Source: Octopus vulgaris (Eukaryota). From it: a stretch of DNA of 64,000 nt. Numbering within the stretch: position 1 is the stretch's first letter; every line of letters begins with the position of its first letter. Below, in pieces: positions 27,469-41,397 of the stretch. Position numbers and translations under genes: made by a program. The notes beneath the pieces are model-generated. The model had not been told where the DNA came from. It did not search any database and saw nothing but the letters and a program-made list of their open reading frames with translations. The stretch is taken from assembly GCA_951406725.2 (NCBI GenBank), contig OX597829.1:48422001-48486000 (forward strand), written 5' to 3'.

Positions 27469-27758
27469 ACACACACATATATGTGACAGTCTTTCAGTTT
27501 TCATCTATTAAATTCACCCAAGACTGGTTGGCCTGTAGCTATAGTAGAAGACACTTGCCTAAGGTGCCATATAGTGAGACTGAACCTGGAACCATGTTGC
27601 CATTCCTATTATTTATTTTTCTTTTATTCTTTTGTTCTCTTCATTCACCCTATTTCTTGAATTTGTGGTTTATGATGTAAGGGTGTTCGTTTATTTTATT
27701 AATTGTGTAATTAATGAAATGATTATATTATCGTCAACGTAAGGTATATATACTAAGG

Positions 27759-28049
27759 CAGTGTTTCTCAACCTTGTTTACCCTTCCATAACCCTTAAAA
27801 TGAATTACACGTCTCAAGGAACCCCTGCACAAAAAAAGTTATATTCCATACCTTTCTCATATTTTTTTCATCATAGTTCACATGGTAAATGTGTGTGTAT
27901 GTATGTACGGTTATCTTTTTTTTAGATAAGATGATGTCTATATCACAATAACCAATAATATGTTGTGCATATATAGTAATATTATGATCATGAAATTAGC
28001 ATTAGCTTATCTCACTCTTTCTTGCAGAACCCTGCTTGAAAAAACACTG
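27759..28049. mobile_element. hAT-type MITE
   Basis: TIRs cagtgtttctcaa and ttgaaaaaacactg; imperfect 8-bp TSD tactaagg/ttctaaag. Confidence 0.65.
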
Positions 28050-28259
28050 TTCTAAAGAATAAGGCTTAATTATCAAACTCTTTGTATATATAGCTGAAGA
28101 ATCAACACTTGCCAATATTGCTGAAATAATACTGATACAGTGTGTTAATTCAGATATTATATATTTCAGTAGTGATCTGGTAAAGTTGTGATGAAACAAT
28201 TGTAGTATTATGCAATAAAATGTGCTGCTCAAACCATTCTCTTAATAGTTTACTCACAT

Positions 28260-28935
28260 AGGAGTGGCTGTGTGGTAAGTAGCTTGCTTATGAACCTAAT
28301 TCTTTACTACCCACAAGGGGCTAAACACAGAGAGGAGAAACAAGGACAAATGGATTAAGTCGATTATATCGACCCCAGTGCGTAACTGGTACTTATTTAA
28401 TTGACCCCGAAAGGATGAAAGGCAAAGTCGACCTTGGCGGAATTTGAACCCAGAACGTAACGGCAGACGAAATACTGCTAAGCATTTCGTCCAGCATGCT
28501 AACGTTTCTGCCAGCTCGCCGCCTTATGAACCTTGCTTATGAACCACATGGTTCCAGGTTTAGTCCCACTGCGTAGTACCTTGGGCAAGTGTCTTCTACT
28601 ATAGCCTCTGGCCGACCAAAACCTTGAGTGAATTTGGTAGACGGAAACTGAAAGAAGCTTGTGTGTTTATATATTTATATATATATACATATATATAATA
28701 ATGTGTGTGTGTGTGTGTGTGTGCATATGTTTGTGTGTCTGTGTGTGTGTGCATATGTTTGTGTGTCTGTGTGTGTGTTTGTCCCCCCCAACATTGCTTG
28801 ACAATCAATGCTGGTGTGTTTACGTCCCCGTAACTTAGCGGTTCGGCAAAAGAGACCGATAGAATAAGTACTAGGCTTACAGAGAATAAGTTCTGGGGTC
28901 GATTTGCAGTCAAATGACAGAAACAAGTAAAAGAG
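28260..28935 (+). mobile_element. SINE family 1 interrupted by an antisense SINE family 2 monomer (about 28298-28525)
   Basis: cttgcttatgaacc is duplicated on both sides of the insert. Confidence 0.85.
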
Positions 28936-29227
28936 TACATATACACACAAACATGAGACTTCTTTCAGTTTCTGTCTACCAATCCACTCTTAAGGTTTTG
29001 GTTGGCCTAAGGCTCTAGCAAAATACACTTGGCAAAAGTGCCACGCAATGGGATTAAACCCAGAACCATGTGATTAGGAAACAAACTTCTTAACCACAAA
29101 GCCGTTCATTCCTTTGCCTTTATAATCTTTGTAATCCATTCTTTTCTATATAGATTGCCGAAATCTCGGGTTCAAATGAAATTTGGTAATGAAGCTATAA
29201 AGGCTGTGTTATGCACTTTATAAAGTA

Positions 29228-29624
29228 CTAGCTGTATTGCCAGGCGTTGCTGGGTTTGTAAGGGAAATAACTGTATAAGCATTTTTAGAGATGTAAAGTA
29301 TAATAGCCATCTCAATATGGCTAACCACAAAGGGGGGGGGGTATTACTGTGGCTTTTTACGTTCTGAGATTTAATAATACATTTTTAGAGAGTTACTTCC
29401 CTTATATAATAGCAAAAAAATGCATTAAAAATGGGGGAAAATGATAAATTTTTTTTTAAATCGTAGACTCATCGTAGACGTGCGCTAATACCCAGAAGGG
29501 CTCGATATGAATCACGACTATAAGATACCCGCTTTTGGTTACACTGCACTGCAAAATGTGGGAGTAGTTAGGAATCTAAATCGTAGGAGACACACTCACA
29601 CAACTACAGTTTTATATATAAAGA
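29228..29624 (-). mobile_element. Non-autonomous Helitron-like element
   Basis: Minus-strand A|TC...CTAG|T termini; shares 5' and 3' modules with 52271-52656. Confidence 0.78.
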
Positions 29625-29917
29625 TTTGTATTGCCATGGCTAACCTGTTTATCTTTCTATCAATCTGACAATCTGTCTGACTGTCTGACTATTTGTGTTT
29701 TTGTTTGTCTGTCTGTTGTTCTGTCTTTGTATTTCTATGGTTATGTCTGTCTGTCCATCTGTTGGTCTGTCCACCTGTCTTATCTACCTATCTATCTATC
29801 TTTCATTGTAATATTATTCCAGGCTGTGAAGTTCAAAAAGAACCTATGTCCGGCCACTTAAGTACTCAAACATAAAGCTGAAGAGAATATATATTTTGTC
29901 GAAATAATAATTATGAA

Positions 29918-30156
29918 TCTCTCTCCATTTCTCTCTCTCTACATTTCTCTCTCTCTCTCTCTCTCTCTCCATTTCTCTCTCTCTCTCTCTCCCATTTCTC
30001 TCTCTCTCTCCATTTCTCTCTCTCTCTCCATTCCTCTCTCTCTCTCCATCTCTCTCTCTCTCTCTCATCTCTCTCCATCTCTCTCTCTCTCTCCATCTCT
30101 CTCTCTCTCCATCTCTCTCTCTCTCCATCTCTTTCTCTCTCTCTCTCTCTCTCCAT
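29918..30156. repeat. (CT)n/CCAT compound microsatellite
   Basis: Directly visible. Confidence 0.95.
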
Positions 30157-31289
30157 CACTAAAGGAACATCTGTGGCTCTGGCTTGGTTGCAATTGCATC
30201 CTTTGGCTGGTCTGGTTTGTGTGTTTTTCTTAATGTTATTTTAGAACAAGTTTTACGTTCTAAATTAACCATAAATTTTTATATCAAAATTAATCAATTC
30301 ATTTTCTATGTATTATATAAGCTTTTTTTTTTTCTTTTCCTTTTGAAATTAAAAAATACCTTTTTTCAATATCTAGAATGAATCATTTTGTAGTACAGAT
30401 TTGTGTCGATGTGTGTATATATAATATATATGAATTCAGTTATCATTTATGAGCACATGTGCACACATAAATAAAAACATTATATACTTTGATATAACTC
30501 AGTATACTTTACTGGATAAAAACCTTATTCTGTCAGGCAGCTGACTGCATCTGTGGGATTTCAAACTCATGTGGTAATCACATGACTTTAATGATAATTT
30601 TTTTCAGAATGCTCCTGTTGTATTTTACACATGTTGTGTACATAAGGCTTCCTCAAGGCACTAACTTTACTTTGATGAAGGTTACACAGGAAACATGAGG
30701 TCCTCTAAATAATCCAGAAGGGTTTTCAGTGTCAAATATGATGTATGCATGCATGCATGCATGTGTGTTCATGTTTGTATGTGTGTATGCATGCATGCAT
30801 TTGTATGCGTATGAACAAATGTCTATATGTAGTCGTGTGCATGTGCATACATGTATGTTTGGTGGATGCATGTGTGCATGTCTCTGTGTCTGTTTTTGTG
30901 GTTAAGAAGTTCACTTCTCAAACACAAAGTTTGGGGGTTCAGTTCCATTGCATTGCACTTTGGGCAATATCTTCTGCTGTGGCCTCGGGCCTAGTGGTTA
31001 GAGCATCAAGCTCACAATCATGAAGTAGTGAGTTTGATTTCCTGACCAGGCTTTGCGTTGTGTTCTTGAGCAAGACACTTTATTTCACATCGCTCCAGTT
31101 CAATCAGCTGTAGAAATGGGTTGCAACGTCACAGGTGCCAAGCTGTATCAGTCTTTGCCTTTCCCTTGGATAACATTGGTGGCATGGAGAGGAGGAGGCT
31201 GGTATGCATGGGCAACAGCTGGTCTTCCATAAATAACCTTGTTTGGACTTGTGAGTAGATTTGTTATATAAATAACCAACTTCTTTGAA

Positions 31290-31626
31290 TCTCTCTCTAT
31301 ATATATATAAAGCTGAAGTTGTCTGTGTATGGCAGGTTCAACTAACACTATCTCCTCCGAGACCCTGCGGTGCAAGATGACCAAAATTGAGAGTATGATA
31401 GAAGGCGGCTTGCTCTTCCTTCTGTAAAAGAAAAAATTCAAATCGGACCATGTTAACACCAAAAATTATTTACATCAAAAAGGTGTTTTTTTTCTATGAA
31501 AATCCCTTTTTTTTTTTTTACGATTGTTTGACTGCTCTGTCGTCATTTTGCGGTGTAATTCAACCAGAAATATGTTCACTTAAAGAGAATAACAAGCTAC
31601 ATAATGCAGGGCTATCCTACTGCTAG
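31290..31626 (+). mobile_element. Helitron-like element variant with a different interior
   Basis: A|TCTCT...TATATAAAG 5' end with gttgtctgtg, and tactgctag|t 3' end like the other copies. Confidence 0.55.
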
Positions 31627-32039
31627 TTTTTCTCTATATATCTGTGTGTGTGTGAGTGCATATGTGTTTACATCTCCTTGTCTTGATCTCTAGTGATAGT
31701 TGTAAAATGATTGTCACTGTCATACAGTTAGTGTCGTCTATTTCTGATATTCTGTCAGAACACATCTCACCATGGGGGCAAATATTACTTTACTTGGAAA
31801 CAGGTAAGGTTGAAAAATCTGCTCCAATAAACTGTGTCCAACGTATGCTAGCGTGGAAAAGTGGTCATTAAAATGATAATGATTGAAGGGTAATGTTAGT
31901 GACAGAAAGTGCATCTGGTTGTGAAACAATGCCTCAGTTTGTTTTTTCTTTGCTTTAACCAATTCATATAAAATCAATAAGTGTGTGTTTGTGCATGTTG
32001 GAATTGTACTTTGTTTTAAATTCAAAAAGTCTGCTCAGG

Positions 32040-32400
32040 AAGAGGTAGATCCAGGAAGACATGGATCAAGGTGATGAAGCATGATCTTTAGACGTTGAGC
32101 CTCATGGAGGCAATGACGAGTGATCGAGACTTTTGGTAATTTGCTATTCTTGAGAAGGCACATCAAACCAAGTGAAATTGTAGTCGTGTAATAGACCTGT
32201 GCCGTGTAACTGGCGCCTGTGCCAGTGACATATGTAAAAGGTTCCCACTACACAGTTGGAGTGTTTAGCACTAGGAAGGGCATTCAGCCATAGAAACAAA
32301 GCCAAAATCACACTGGAGCCTGGTACAGCCCCTTGGTTTACCAGTTCTCAGTCAAACCATCTAACCCATGCCAGTATGGAAAGCAGACGTTAAATGATGA
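32040..32400 (+). mobile_element. RTE-clade LINE 3' end
   Basis: RGRSRKTWIKVMKHDL*TLSLMEAMTSDRDFW C-terminal peptide followed by the aggaagggcat...gacgttaaatgatga tail. The same tail recurs at about 8995, 16600, 23205, 33205, 39900, 43400, 50860, 53420, 54980 and 59560. Confidence 0.8.
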
Positions 32401-33816
32401 CTTCCAGCTTCCATATACTTACAATCCACTTGCAGGGCTTTAGTCAGTCTGGGGCTATGGTAGAAGACACTTGCCCAAGATACCACACAGTGGGACTGAA
32501 CCCAGAACCATGTAGTCAGGAAGCAGTTTTTACTGCACTACCACAACATAATTCTTGAATGATGTAAATTATGCACACAGAGAAACGGTGAGAGAAAGAG
32601 AGGGAAAGAGTGAGAGGAAAAGAGATCAAATGAAACTATTGCCGGGTGTAGTCTTTGCATTCTTTCATAATTTTTTTGGTTTGTGTGTCTGATTTCCAAT
32701 TCTTTGTCAAATTTATCAGATTCACAACTTTGAATTGTGTTCCTAGAAGAAACAAATGAACATTTTGTCTGGTTTTTCTTTCGACCATCTCAGAATCCAT
32801 TTTGTTAACTTTTTTTCTGTTCGTCTGTTTTCACTTATCCTCTGCTTACGTCCAGCCCACTTCTATTTTAGTAATTTTAGAGATGGCTGCGGATAGATGC
32901 AAGTGTGGCTATGTGGTAAGGAATTTGCTTCCCAACTGTATGGTCCTAGGTTCAGCCTTACTGCATGGCACTGTAGACAAGTGTTTTCTACTATAGCTGC
33001 CAGCTGACCTAAGCTTTGTGAGGGGAATTTGTTGATGGAAACTGAATGAAGCTTCTATGTTTGTGATTCTTTCCTACCACTGCTTGACATCTTGTGTTGG
33101 AGTGTTTAAGCCTTCATAACTTAGCAGCTTGGTAGAAAAGATCAATAAAATAAGTACCAAGCTTATATATATTTATGTACACCATACAATATCGCAATAA
33201 TATAATCATCATCATCATCATCATCATCATATAACGTCTGTTTTCCACGCTAGCATGGGTTGGATGGTTTGACCGGGTTCTGGAAGCCATGGAGGCTGCA
33301 CCAGGCTCTAGTCTGATTTGGCAGTGTTTCTACAGTTGGATGCCCTTCCTAACGCCAACCACTCCATGAGTGTAGTGGGTGTTTTTTACGTGCCACCGGC
33401 ACAGGGGCCAGAGCAGGCTGGCAAATGGCCACGATCGGTTGGTGCTTTTGTGTCACCGACACAGATGCCAGCCAGGCAGTGCTGGCATCTACCACGTTCG
33501 GACAGTGCTTTTTACGTGTCACCAGCACGGGTGTCATAACTGCAATTTCCATTTGAATTTTTATTTTGATGCTGATGTACTTGACTCAATAGGTCTCCTC
33601 AAGAACAATGGGTCACTCTACGATCCAAGGTTAGCACAGCAGGCCGTCCTGCGAGCCATGAACTCCATTTGTTGGGTCTTCAAAGTCACAGCATATCTCT
33701 AGAGGTTTCGGTCTTTCGTCATAGCCACTGTGAGATTTAATATATAATGTATTTAATATATCTTGATATTAATATAATATTGGTGGTTGCAGCAATCAAA
33801 ATTAAAAAGGTAAAAA

Positions 33817-34441
33817 TTAATAAATGATGGTGCAAAATAGCATCTGCAATTGCTAGAAATGAGAGCCAAAATTTGACTCGGACAACCACACAAAATACCT
33901 CATGAAATATTCAGTACTGCGAGCAGCTAGCCACAACTTCTTCCATTGGTGAAATAGACTCACAGAATGAAGCAGTTTGATAAAATATTATCACATGATT
34001 TTGAAATTTGATCAACAGGATCTTGTTTCTCATCAGATGTTTCTACAACTCCTCTGGGTGAAAGAAATAGCTTGCTTCCCATTTGTTCATGAATAAAAAA
34101 AATAAAAAATTAAAAATTAAAACTTGAAAAGCAAGCACTAAAATTCAAAGTGGTTAAAGTGGATATACAATAAGATATTAAAGTGCTCGCTTTTCAATGG
34201 GTTTTCTTCTCATGAATGAATGGGAGACGGGCTCTCTTTAATCTGGAGTAATTGTAGATACATCTGAGAAACAAGATCCTGATGATCATATTTTGAAATC
34301 ACATGATAACGTTTTATCAGACTACTCCATTCTGCGAGTATATCTTGCCGATGAAGTTAGTACTTTTGTGTAGCTGTTTGAGTTAAATTTTAGCTCTCAT
34401 TTCTAGCACTTATAGGTGCTATTTTTCAGCCTCATTTATTA
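33817..34441. mobile_element. Diverged foldback palindrome (arms about 310 bp), probable MITE
   Basis: gctagaaatgagagc/gctctcatttctagc, caggatcttgtttctca/tgagaaacaagatcctg and ttgaaaagcaagcact/agtgctcgcttttcaa are reverse-complement pairs in mirrored order. Confidence 0.8.
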
Positions 34442-34472
<31 letters not shown>

Positions 34473-34563
34473 GAAAGTTTACGAAAATAAACAAGATGAA
34501 GGCAGGTGGAGTACAAACAAACAAATGTATTAGTATGGCGCTCAGGAATAGAAATAGAAAAAG

Positions 34564-34601
34564 TCTTTTACGTTTCGAGCCTACGCTCTTCGACAGAAAG
34601 A
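34564..34601 (-). ncRNA. Minimal type I hammerhead-ribozyme-like motif in a Penelope-like terminal-repeat fragment (about 34472-34660)
   Basis: Minus strand reads TCTTT CTGTCGA A GAGC GTAG GCTC GAAAC GTA AAAGA: stem I, stem II, GAAA, palindromic ACGT stem III and a GUA triplet. Core A6 is U. Confidence 0.55.
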
Positions 34602-36146
34602 TACACAGAAAAAAACAAGGAGAGAAAAAAATGCGTGTAGGAGCTAACGATCTATCATGGTGTCCTATATAGGGCCTGATTCATCCAACTAAAATTCAAC
34701 ATGCATGTATGGAGGTAATCTACCACCCCTGCATGGACGTAATCTAAAGATTGAAACCAGTAAAAGGTAAGATAAAAATGTGTAGCCCTAACTTCACTGA
34801 AGCTAAGATCAATTTGTGTTGGCCCTTCTTGTTGCCCTCGTTACAATATTTCTGTTGAAATACACTGACCTTGTTTCAGTTAATTTAAAAGCTAATAAAG
34901 AATTTAGTCAAATGATTTTATCTGACCTGTGCAAGCATGGAAGGATGAAGATCAATATACTACTATTAATACTACTACTACTGTTGATGATGATGGAGTT
35001 TTAAAAAATGTCTTTAGAAAGACCTTCACAAATGCTGACAGCATAAATGAACATGAAATCTTAATGAAAGGTTTTAATGCTGATCACTTTAGAACAGAAC
35101 CAGTTGTTCCCAGGCAAGTTGGTATGAAAAGGGTTAAAAATCACAATCTTTTAATAAAGGCCAGATATAGATTCTTGCATAGAATGTCTTTTTGTATAAG
35201 AACTATCTATTAGAAGGTATTTTGTCAAGTCTTTCATGAGGAAAATGTTCCATAAAGCCAGGGCTTAAATTAGAAATGTTTTATTTTCAAATTTTATTTA
35301 GTAGGTGTTATTAACCATTGTCTAATAATGACTGGAATGTTACATCACATGACCCATAAAAAGTGCTTCGGTATACATGTGTGTGTGTGTGTGTCCAAGT
35401 ATTTTGTGTGTGCGTCTGTGTGATGTTCATTGGTATTTTTGTATGCATCACATAGATCAAAATATGCGTACTTGCATTGACTTGCCATGGCCCATCGTGT
35501 GTGTGTGTGTCTTGGTATTTCTATTCATACAAAACAATTATATTGCGTTACATAATGACTGTGTGTTAGCATGTGTGTGTATGTATACATATATGCCCCC
35601 ATTGTTTCTGTGTGTGTGCTGGAATTATTTTAATGAGTAAAGATACATTGTTACATAACATGTGTATAAAAAAAAGTACTAAAATCCATGGTATGTAAGT
35701 ATTTAAGTGTTGGTATTTGTGTAGGTCTTTCTAAAGACATTTCTTAAATTCCATCATCCTCCATATATTGATGTACGCTCTTCCATTCTTGCATGGGTCA
35801 GTCTGTGAGTTTGAGGCAGATTTGTCTACAACTGGATGCCTTTCCTGCCACCAACCTTTATCTGTTTTCCCCACACAATGTAATATTTTCCCCAAGGCCT
35901 GACATGTTCTTGCAGACTTTTGGAATTGATTGGCACTTGCTTGTTATGACAGTAACACTGGATTATAACTATCATGCGATGACAAGACAAGGACATACAC
36001 GTGGGTGTGTGTACACACAACCCACCATGTACACAAATACACACATTAAAAGCACCCAGCACGCTTCATTTAGTGGTTGATATTAGGAAGGGCATCCAGC
36101 CATAGAAACTATGCCACAATTGCAGACTGATCAGCTCATTGTCAAA

Positions 36147-36745
36147 CCTATTTCTTTACTACCCACAAGGGGCTAAACACAGAGAGGACAAACAAGGACA
36201 AACGGATTAAGTCGATTATATCAACCCCAGCGCATAACTGGTCCTTAATTTATCGACCCCAAAAGGATGAAAGGCAAAGTCGACCTTGGCGGAATTTGAA
36301 CTCAGAACGTAACGGCAGACGAAATACCTATTTCTTTACTACCCACAAGGGGCTAAACACAGAGAGGACAAACAAGGACAGACAAACGGATTAAGTCGAT
36401 CATATCAACCCCAGTGCATAACTGGTCCTTAATTTATCGACCCCGAAAGGATGAAAGGCAAAGTCAACCTCGGCGGAATTTGAACTCAGAACGTAGCGGT
36501 AGACGAAATATCTATTTCTTCACTACCCACAAGGGGCTAAACACAGAGAGGACAAACAAGGACAGACAAATGGATTAAGTCGATTACATTGACCCTAGTG
36601 TGTAACTGGTACTTAATTTATCGACCCCGAAAGGATGAAAGGCAAAGTCGCCCTCGGCGGAATTTGAACTCAGAACGTAGCGGCAGACAAAATACCGCGA
36701 AGCATTTCGCCCGGCGTGCTAACGTTTTTGCCAGCTCGCCGCCTT
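36147..36745 (-). mobile_element. SINE family 2 tandem trimer
   Basis: Three units joined at gaaataYctatttcttt on the plus strand; single head at about 36700-36745. Confidence 0.85.
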
Positions 36746-39700
36746 AAAACCATCCAACCCATGCCAGCATGGAAAACAGATGTTAAACAATGTGTGTGTG
36801 TGTAATATCAGTTTTCATCAACCAAATATTCACTCTCAAGACTTTTTGTCAGCCCTGAACTGTTATAGAAGGTGCCCTGCTGTGGGACTGAACTCATAAC
36901 CGTGTGGTTGGAAAGCAGACTTCTTAACCACAGAGCCATGCCTGCATCTGTTTATATAAATTTTCCAAAATCAGTAATGTATGTGTGTGTATCAGTGAAA
37001 TCAGTCTGTTTGTCTGCCTGTCTGTCTGTCTGTCTGAAAGTTTGGGCAAATATAGGATCGTCTTATCCATCTTCTGCTCCCGTTCATGGAATACTTAGCA
37101 TCTCACACAGCTAAAAACCATCAGAACATCAGAAAAATGGATTTGCAGTATTACTTTTACATTCCGAGTTCAAATTCCCCTGAGATCACTTTTGCCATTC
37201 ATCCCTCAATGAAGTAAATACCAGTCATGTACTGGGGTCAGTGATATTGACTATACTGTGCCAGTGGAGAGAATTTAGCATACTGGACAAAATGCTTGGT
37301 GGCATTTCCTGTTTTTTATGTCCTATGTTCAAATTCTATCATTCGATTTATCTTTCGTATTTTCAGGATTGATGAAATAATTATTAGTTGAGCACGGAGG
37401 TCTATAGAATTGACCTGAGCTTTCTCCTTCAAAATTTCAGGCCTTGTGCCTGTTGTAGACTTATTATTATTACCTCAACCTTAGTGAAAGCAGAGGTATT
37501 GTTTTCAGTTGTGTTTGTTTGTTTGTCCTTGGACAAGATATCTCAAGAACTGCTGGATGAATTCGGATGAAACTTTCAGGGTTGTTTGGCCTCATGACTG
37601 GCACAAACTGATTAGATTTTGGGATCGATCCAGTACCGGACAAGGATTCTGGATTCTTCCTGTTTTTTTTTTTTTACTTAATTTTTGAGAGCGATCAGGT
37701 TCATTTTTAGTGTTCTCATTTGTGAGAGCCATCAAATTTATTTCAGATATTCTCATTTTAAAAATCATCTCCAGCTAATTGTTAAGAGGATGTTGGTGGT
37801 GCCTTGGCAGAGGTTTGCACTCTCTGAGTGCTCTTATTATGAGGCTGCGAGCTGGTAGAATTGTTAGCATACTGGACGAAATGCTTAGCAGTATTCCGAT
37901 TGTTGCTCCATTCTGAGTTCAAATTGTGCCGAGGTCAACTTTACCTTTCATTCTCTCAGGGTTTATAAATTAAGTACCAGTTGAGTACTGGGGTTGTTGT
38001 AATCGACTATCCTCTCCCTCAAATTTGAGGCCTTGTGGTTCGGGTGTTGCACTCACAGTTGCTAGATCATGATTTCACTTCCTAGATCGGGTGATGCATT
38101 GTGTTCTTGAGCAAAGCACTTCATCTCATGTTGCTCTGCAATCATTTTGACACCTGATGCATGGCACACCTGTGTGCACCTGGCTGTGTCAATTTGACAG
38201 GCTGAATGAGCTAATGTGCAGCACAAGCATTTGACCACTATAAACAAATCTGTTCAGGTTATTTGGCAAAAAAAAAAAAGCTGAACACTCATGTGCTATC
38301 TTTGACAGGAGAGTCCGTCATTATTAATATTTTTGAGTGAGAGAGTAGTACATGCCATCAAAGTGCTACTGGGGCACAAATATATGAAGCCCAATATACC
38401 CATCACGACTACCTGACTGATAAGGGTACACCAGGCACATATGTGCATAAAGTGGTGATATCATATCAAGATAGACAGCTCATTACCTTGCAAGTGGGGT
38501 CCAGTTAGAATTTTCTTCAGGTTGAGTAGCCCATCCCGCTCAAAAGGTCCTTGAATAAGGGTTGTTTAAGAATGTTGAATGAAACATTGTTTCTAGAGAT
38601 GTATTATTCAAACCCCAAAAAAATTCCTCTCAAACATGGCTATGATGTTCCCCCACTACTTCTGCACATGATCAGAGATGCACGTATCGTCAGCCACTAA
38701 GGGACATGCTCAGCTGGTTACGGTCAAACAACTGACAAGCAAATCTGTGGTATTAAGCAGAATATTTGCTGTAGTTCATCTTTTATACCAAGACAGAACA
38801 TGTACATGATAATACTTCCAATCAGTTAAGATCAGAAGCCACAAGAGCCACTGCCTGGTACTGCATTAGGGCATTCATTATTATTATTATCTAAAGCTGC
38901 AAGCTAGCAGAATCATTAGCACACCAGGCAAAATGCTTAGCAATCTATCTTTATATTCTGAGTTCAAATTCTGCTGAAGTCAATTTTGTCTTTCATTCTT
39001 TTAGAGTCGATAAATTCAGTACCTGTGAAACACTGGGGTGAATATAATTGATAGTTTCCTCTCCTCAAATTTCAGGCCTTGTGCCTTTAGTAGAAAGGAT
39101 TATTATTATTATTAAGGCAGTGAGCTGGCAGAAACGTTAGCACACTGGGCAAAATACTTAGCAGTATTTCATCTGCCACTACATTCTGAGTTCAAATTCC
39201 ACCAAGGTCAACTTTGCCTTTCATTTTTTCGGGGGTCAATTAAATAAGTACCAGTTATACACCAGGGTTGATGTAGCTGACTCAATTCCTTCCCCTGAAT
39301 TTGAGGCCTTGTACTTCCTGTAGAAAGGATTATTATTGTTGTTGTTGTTGTGATAGTGAATCGTTTGAGAGTTTGACATAATGTCTTCGAAGTATTTGTT
39401 CTGGTGCTTTATGTTCTGAGTTCAAATACAACACTGGTCAACTTTACCTTCTATCCTTTGTGATCAATAAAATAAGGTCTCAGTCAACTACTGAGGTTAA
39501 TTGACTATTCCATTTTTCCCAAACTTATGCTAGAAATAATAATTACCATTATTATTGTTCTTTTATTGTTGAAGTAGCTACATTTTTATGATCGGATAAT
39601 AAAGCCTGGAATTTTATTACCCAAACATTTTAAAGTTGAATCATATATTGTCTCACTGTTCTTCACATCATTTTTAACTGTTAAATTCAAAACTTGCAAA

Positions 39701-40746
39701 TAGCTATGGATTCCACTCTCACCTACTGCTTGTCCTTCTATTAAACATAAAATCACCTGTAGCTTCTGAATTCTTCTGACTTCAAAAAACAAAAAAGTAA
39801 TTAATTTCAGCAATCTACTAGTTAAAACTCTCTAGTGCCCAGCTACACACAACCAGGCACTTGTAAGTATTTTCACTGTTATATTTGTTGGAATTAAGAT
39901 CATCATCATCATTGTTTAATGTCCGTTTTCCGTGCTAACGGGTTGGACAGTTCGACCGGGGTCTGGGAAGACAGGAGGCTGCACCAGGCTCCAGTCTGAT
40001 CTGGCAGTGTTTTTACAGTTGGATGCCCTTCCTAACACCAACCTCCATGATTGTAGTGGGTGCTTTTTATGTGCCACAGGAGGCTGGCAGCGGCCACGAT
40101 CGGTTGGTGCTTTTTACGTGCCACCGGCACAGAAGCCAGTCAAGGCGGCACTGGCATTGGCCACGTTCGGATTGTGCTTTTTACGTGCCACCGGCACAGG
40201 TATCACAACTGCAATTTCCATTTGATATTTATTTTGATGTTGATGTACTTGACTCAATAGGTCTACTCAAACACAGCAGGTCATGTGCCACCGGCACAGA
40301 AGCCAGTCAAGGCAGCGCTGGCATCGGCCACGTTCGGATGGTGCTTTTTATGTGCCTCCGGCACAGGTATCGTAGCTACAATTTCTATTTGATATTGATG
40401 TACTTGACTCAGTAGGTCTCCTCAAGCACTGCAGGTCACCTTATGATCCAAGGTAAGCACAGCAGGCCATCATGCAATCCAAGGTACTTTGGATGGGCTG
40501 GGGCTATGCGAAACTGGTGCAGGAAGCAGCCTGGGTCTTTGCAGTCACGTATACTAGATGCACCTCTTTCAGTCACACATATTCACAGAAAAAAGTTTTA
40601 ATCTTTAATGCATGTAATATTTAACACAGTGATTACAGGTTCAGTCCCCACTGCATGGCACCTTGAGCAAGTGTTTTGTACTATAGGCTTGGGCAGACCA
40701 AAGCTTTGAGTGTAGATTTGGAAGATGGAAACTGAAAGAAGCCCAT

Positions 40747-40793
<47 letters not shown>

Positions 40794-41250
40794 ATGTGTA
40801 TATTTATGTGTATGTCCCCCACTACTGCTTGACAATTGGAGTGTTTGTATCCTTGTAACTTAGTTCGGCAAAAGAGGTTGATTGAATAAGTACCACTTCT
40901 TAAAAAAAAATAGTACTGGGTTCGATTCATTTGACGGAAAATTCAGAGTGGTGCCCCAGCATGGCTGCAGTCTAGCGACTGAAATGAAATAAGATATATG
41001 ACCCAAGGTTTTTTATTTGAGACATTCTTTTGCGGGTGGGAAATGCATCTTAAATTCCATCAAATATTATGTCTTGACATTTAACAGCACTCTAACCATC
41101 ACTGGGCCTAAGTCATAGTACTACATTTTCCAATCTTATTATGTTACAACTATTATTATTATGACTTCTGGAGAAACAGAATTTTGAATCTCTTCAATAT
41201 TGAATTTCATTATTTTCACATTCCTCTTTCTATTTCACATCTGTTTCCAG

Positions 41251-41397
41251 GGAATGATGTCAAAGAGAGGTACCCGTGTTGCAACATGGAAGGAGAGATT
41301 CTTTGTGTTGAAGCCAGCATGTTTGTTATATTACACAGGACCAGACCAAAAGGAAATGAAAGGGTCCATCGATATCAACCAATCTTGTGCTGTTGTG
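41251..41397 (+). CDS. SWAP70: SWAP70/DEF6-like exon B, first half of PH domain (GMMSKRGTRVATWKERFFVLKPACLLYYTGPDQKEMKGSIDINQSCAVV)
   Basis: tttccag acceptor and GTAAGT donor; 147 nt, phase 0-0; PH signature G.M.K.G....W..R.FVL.....YY......KG.I. Confidence 0.93.
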
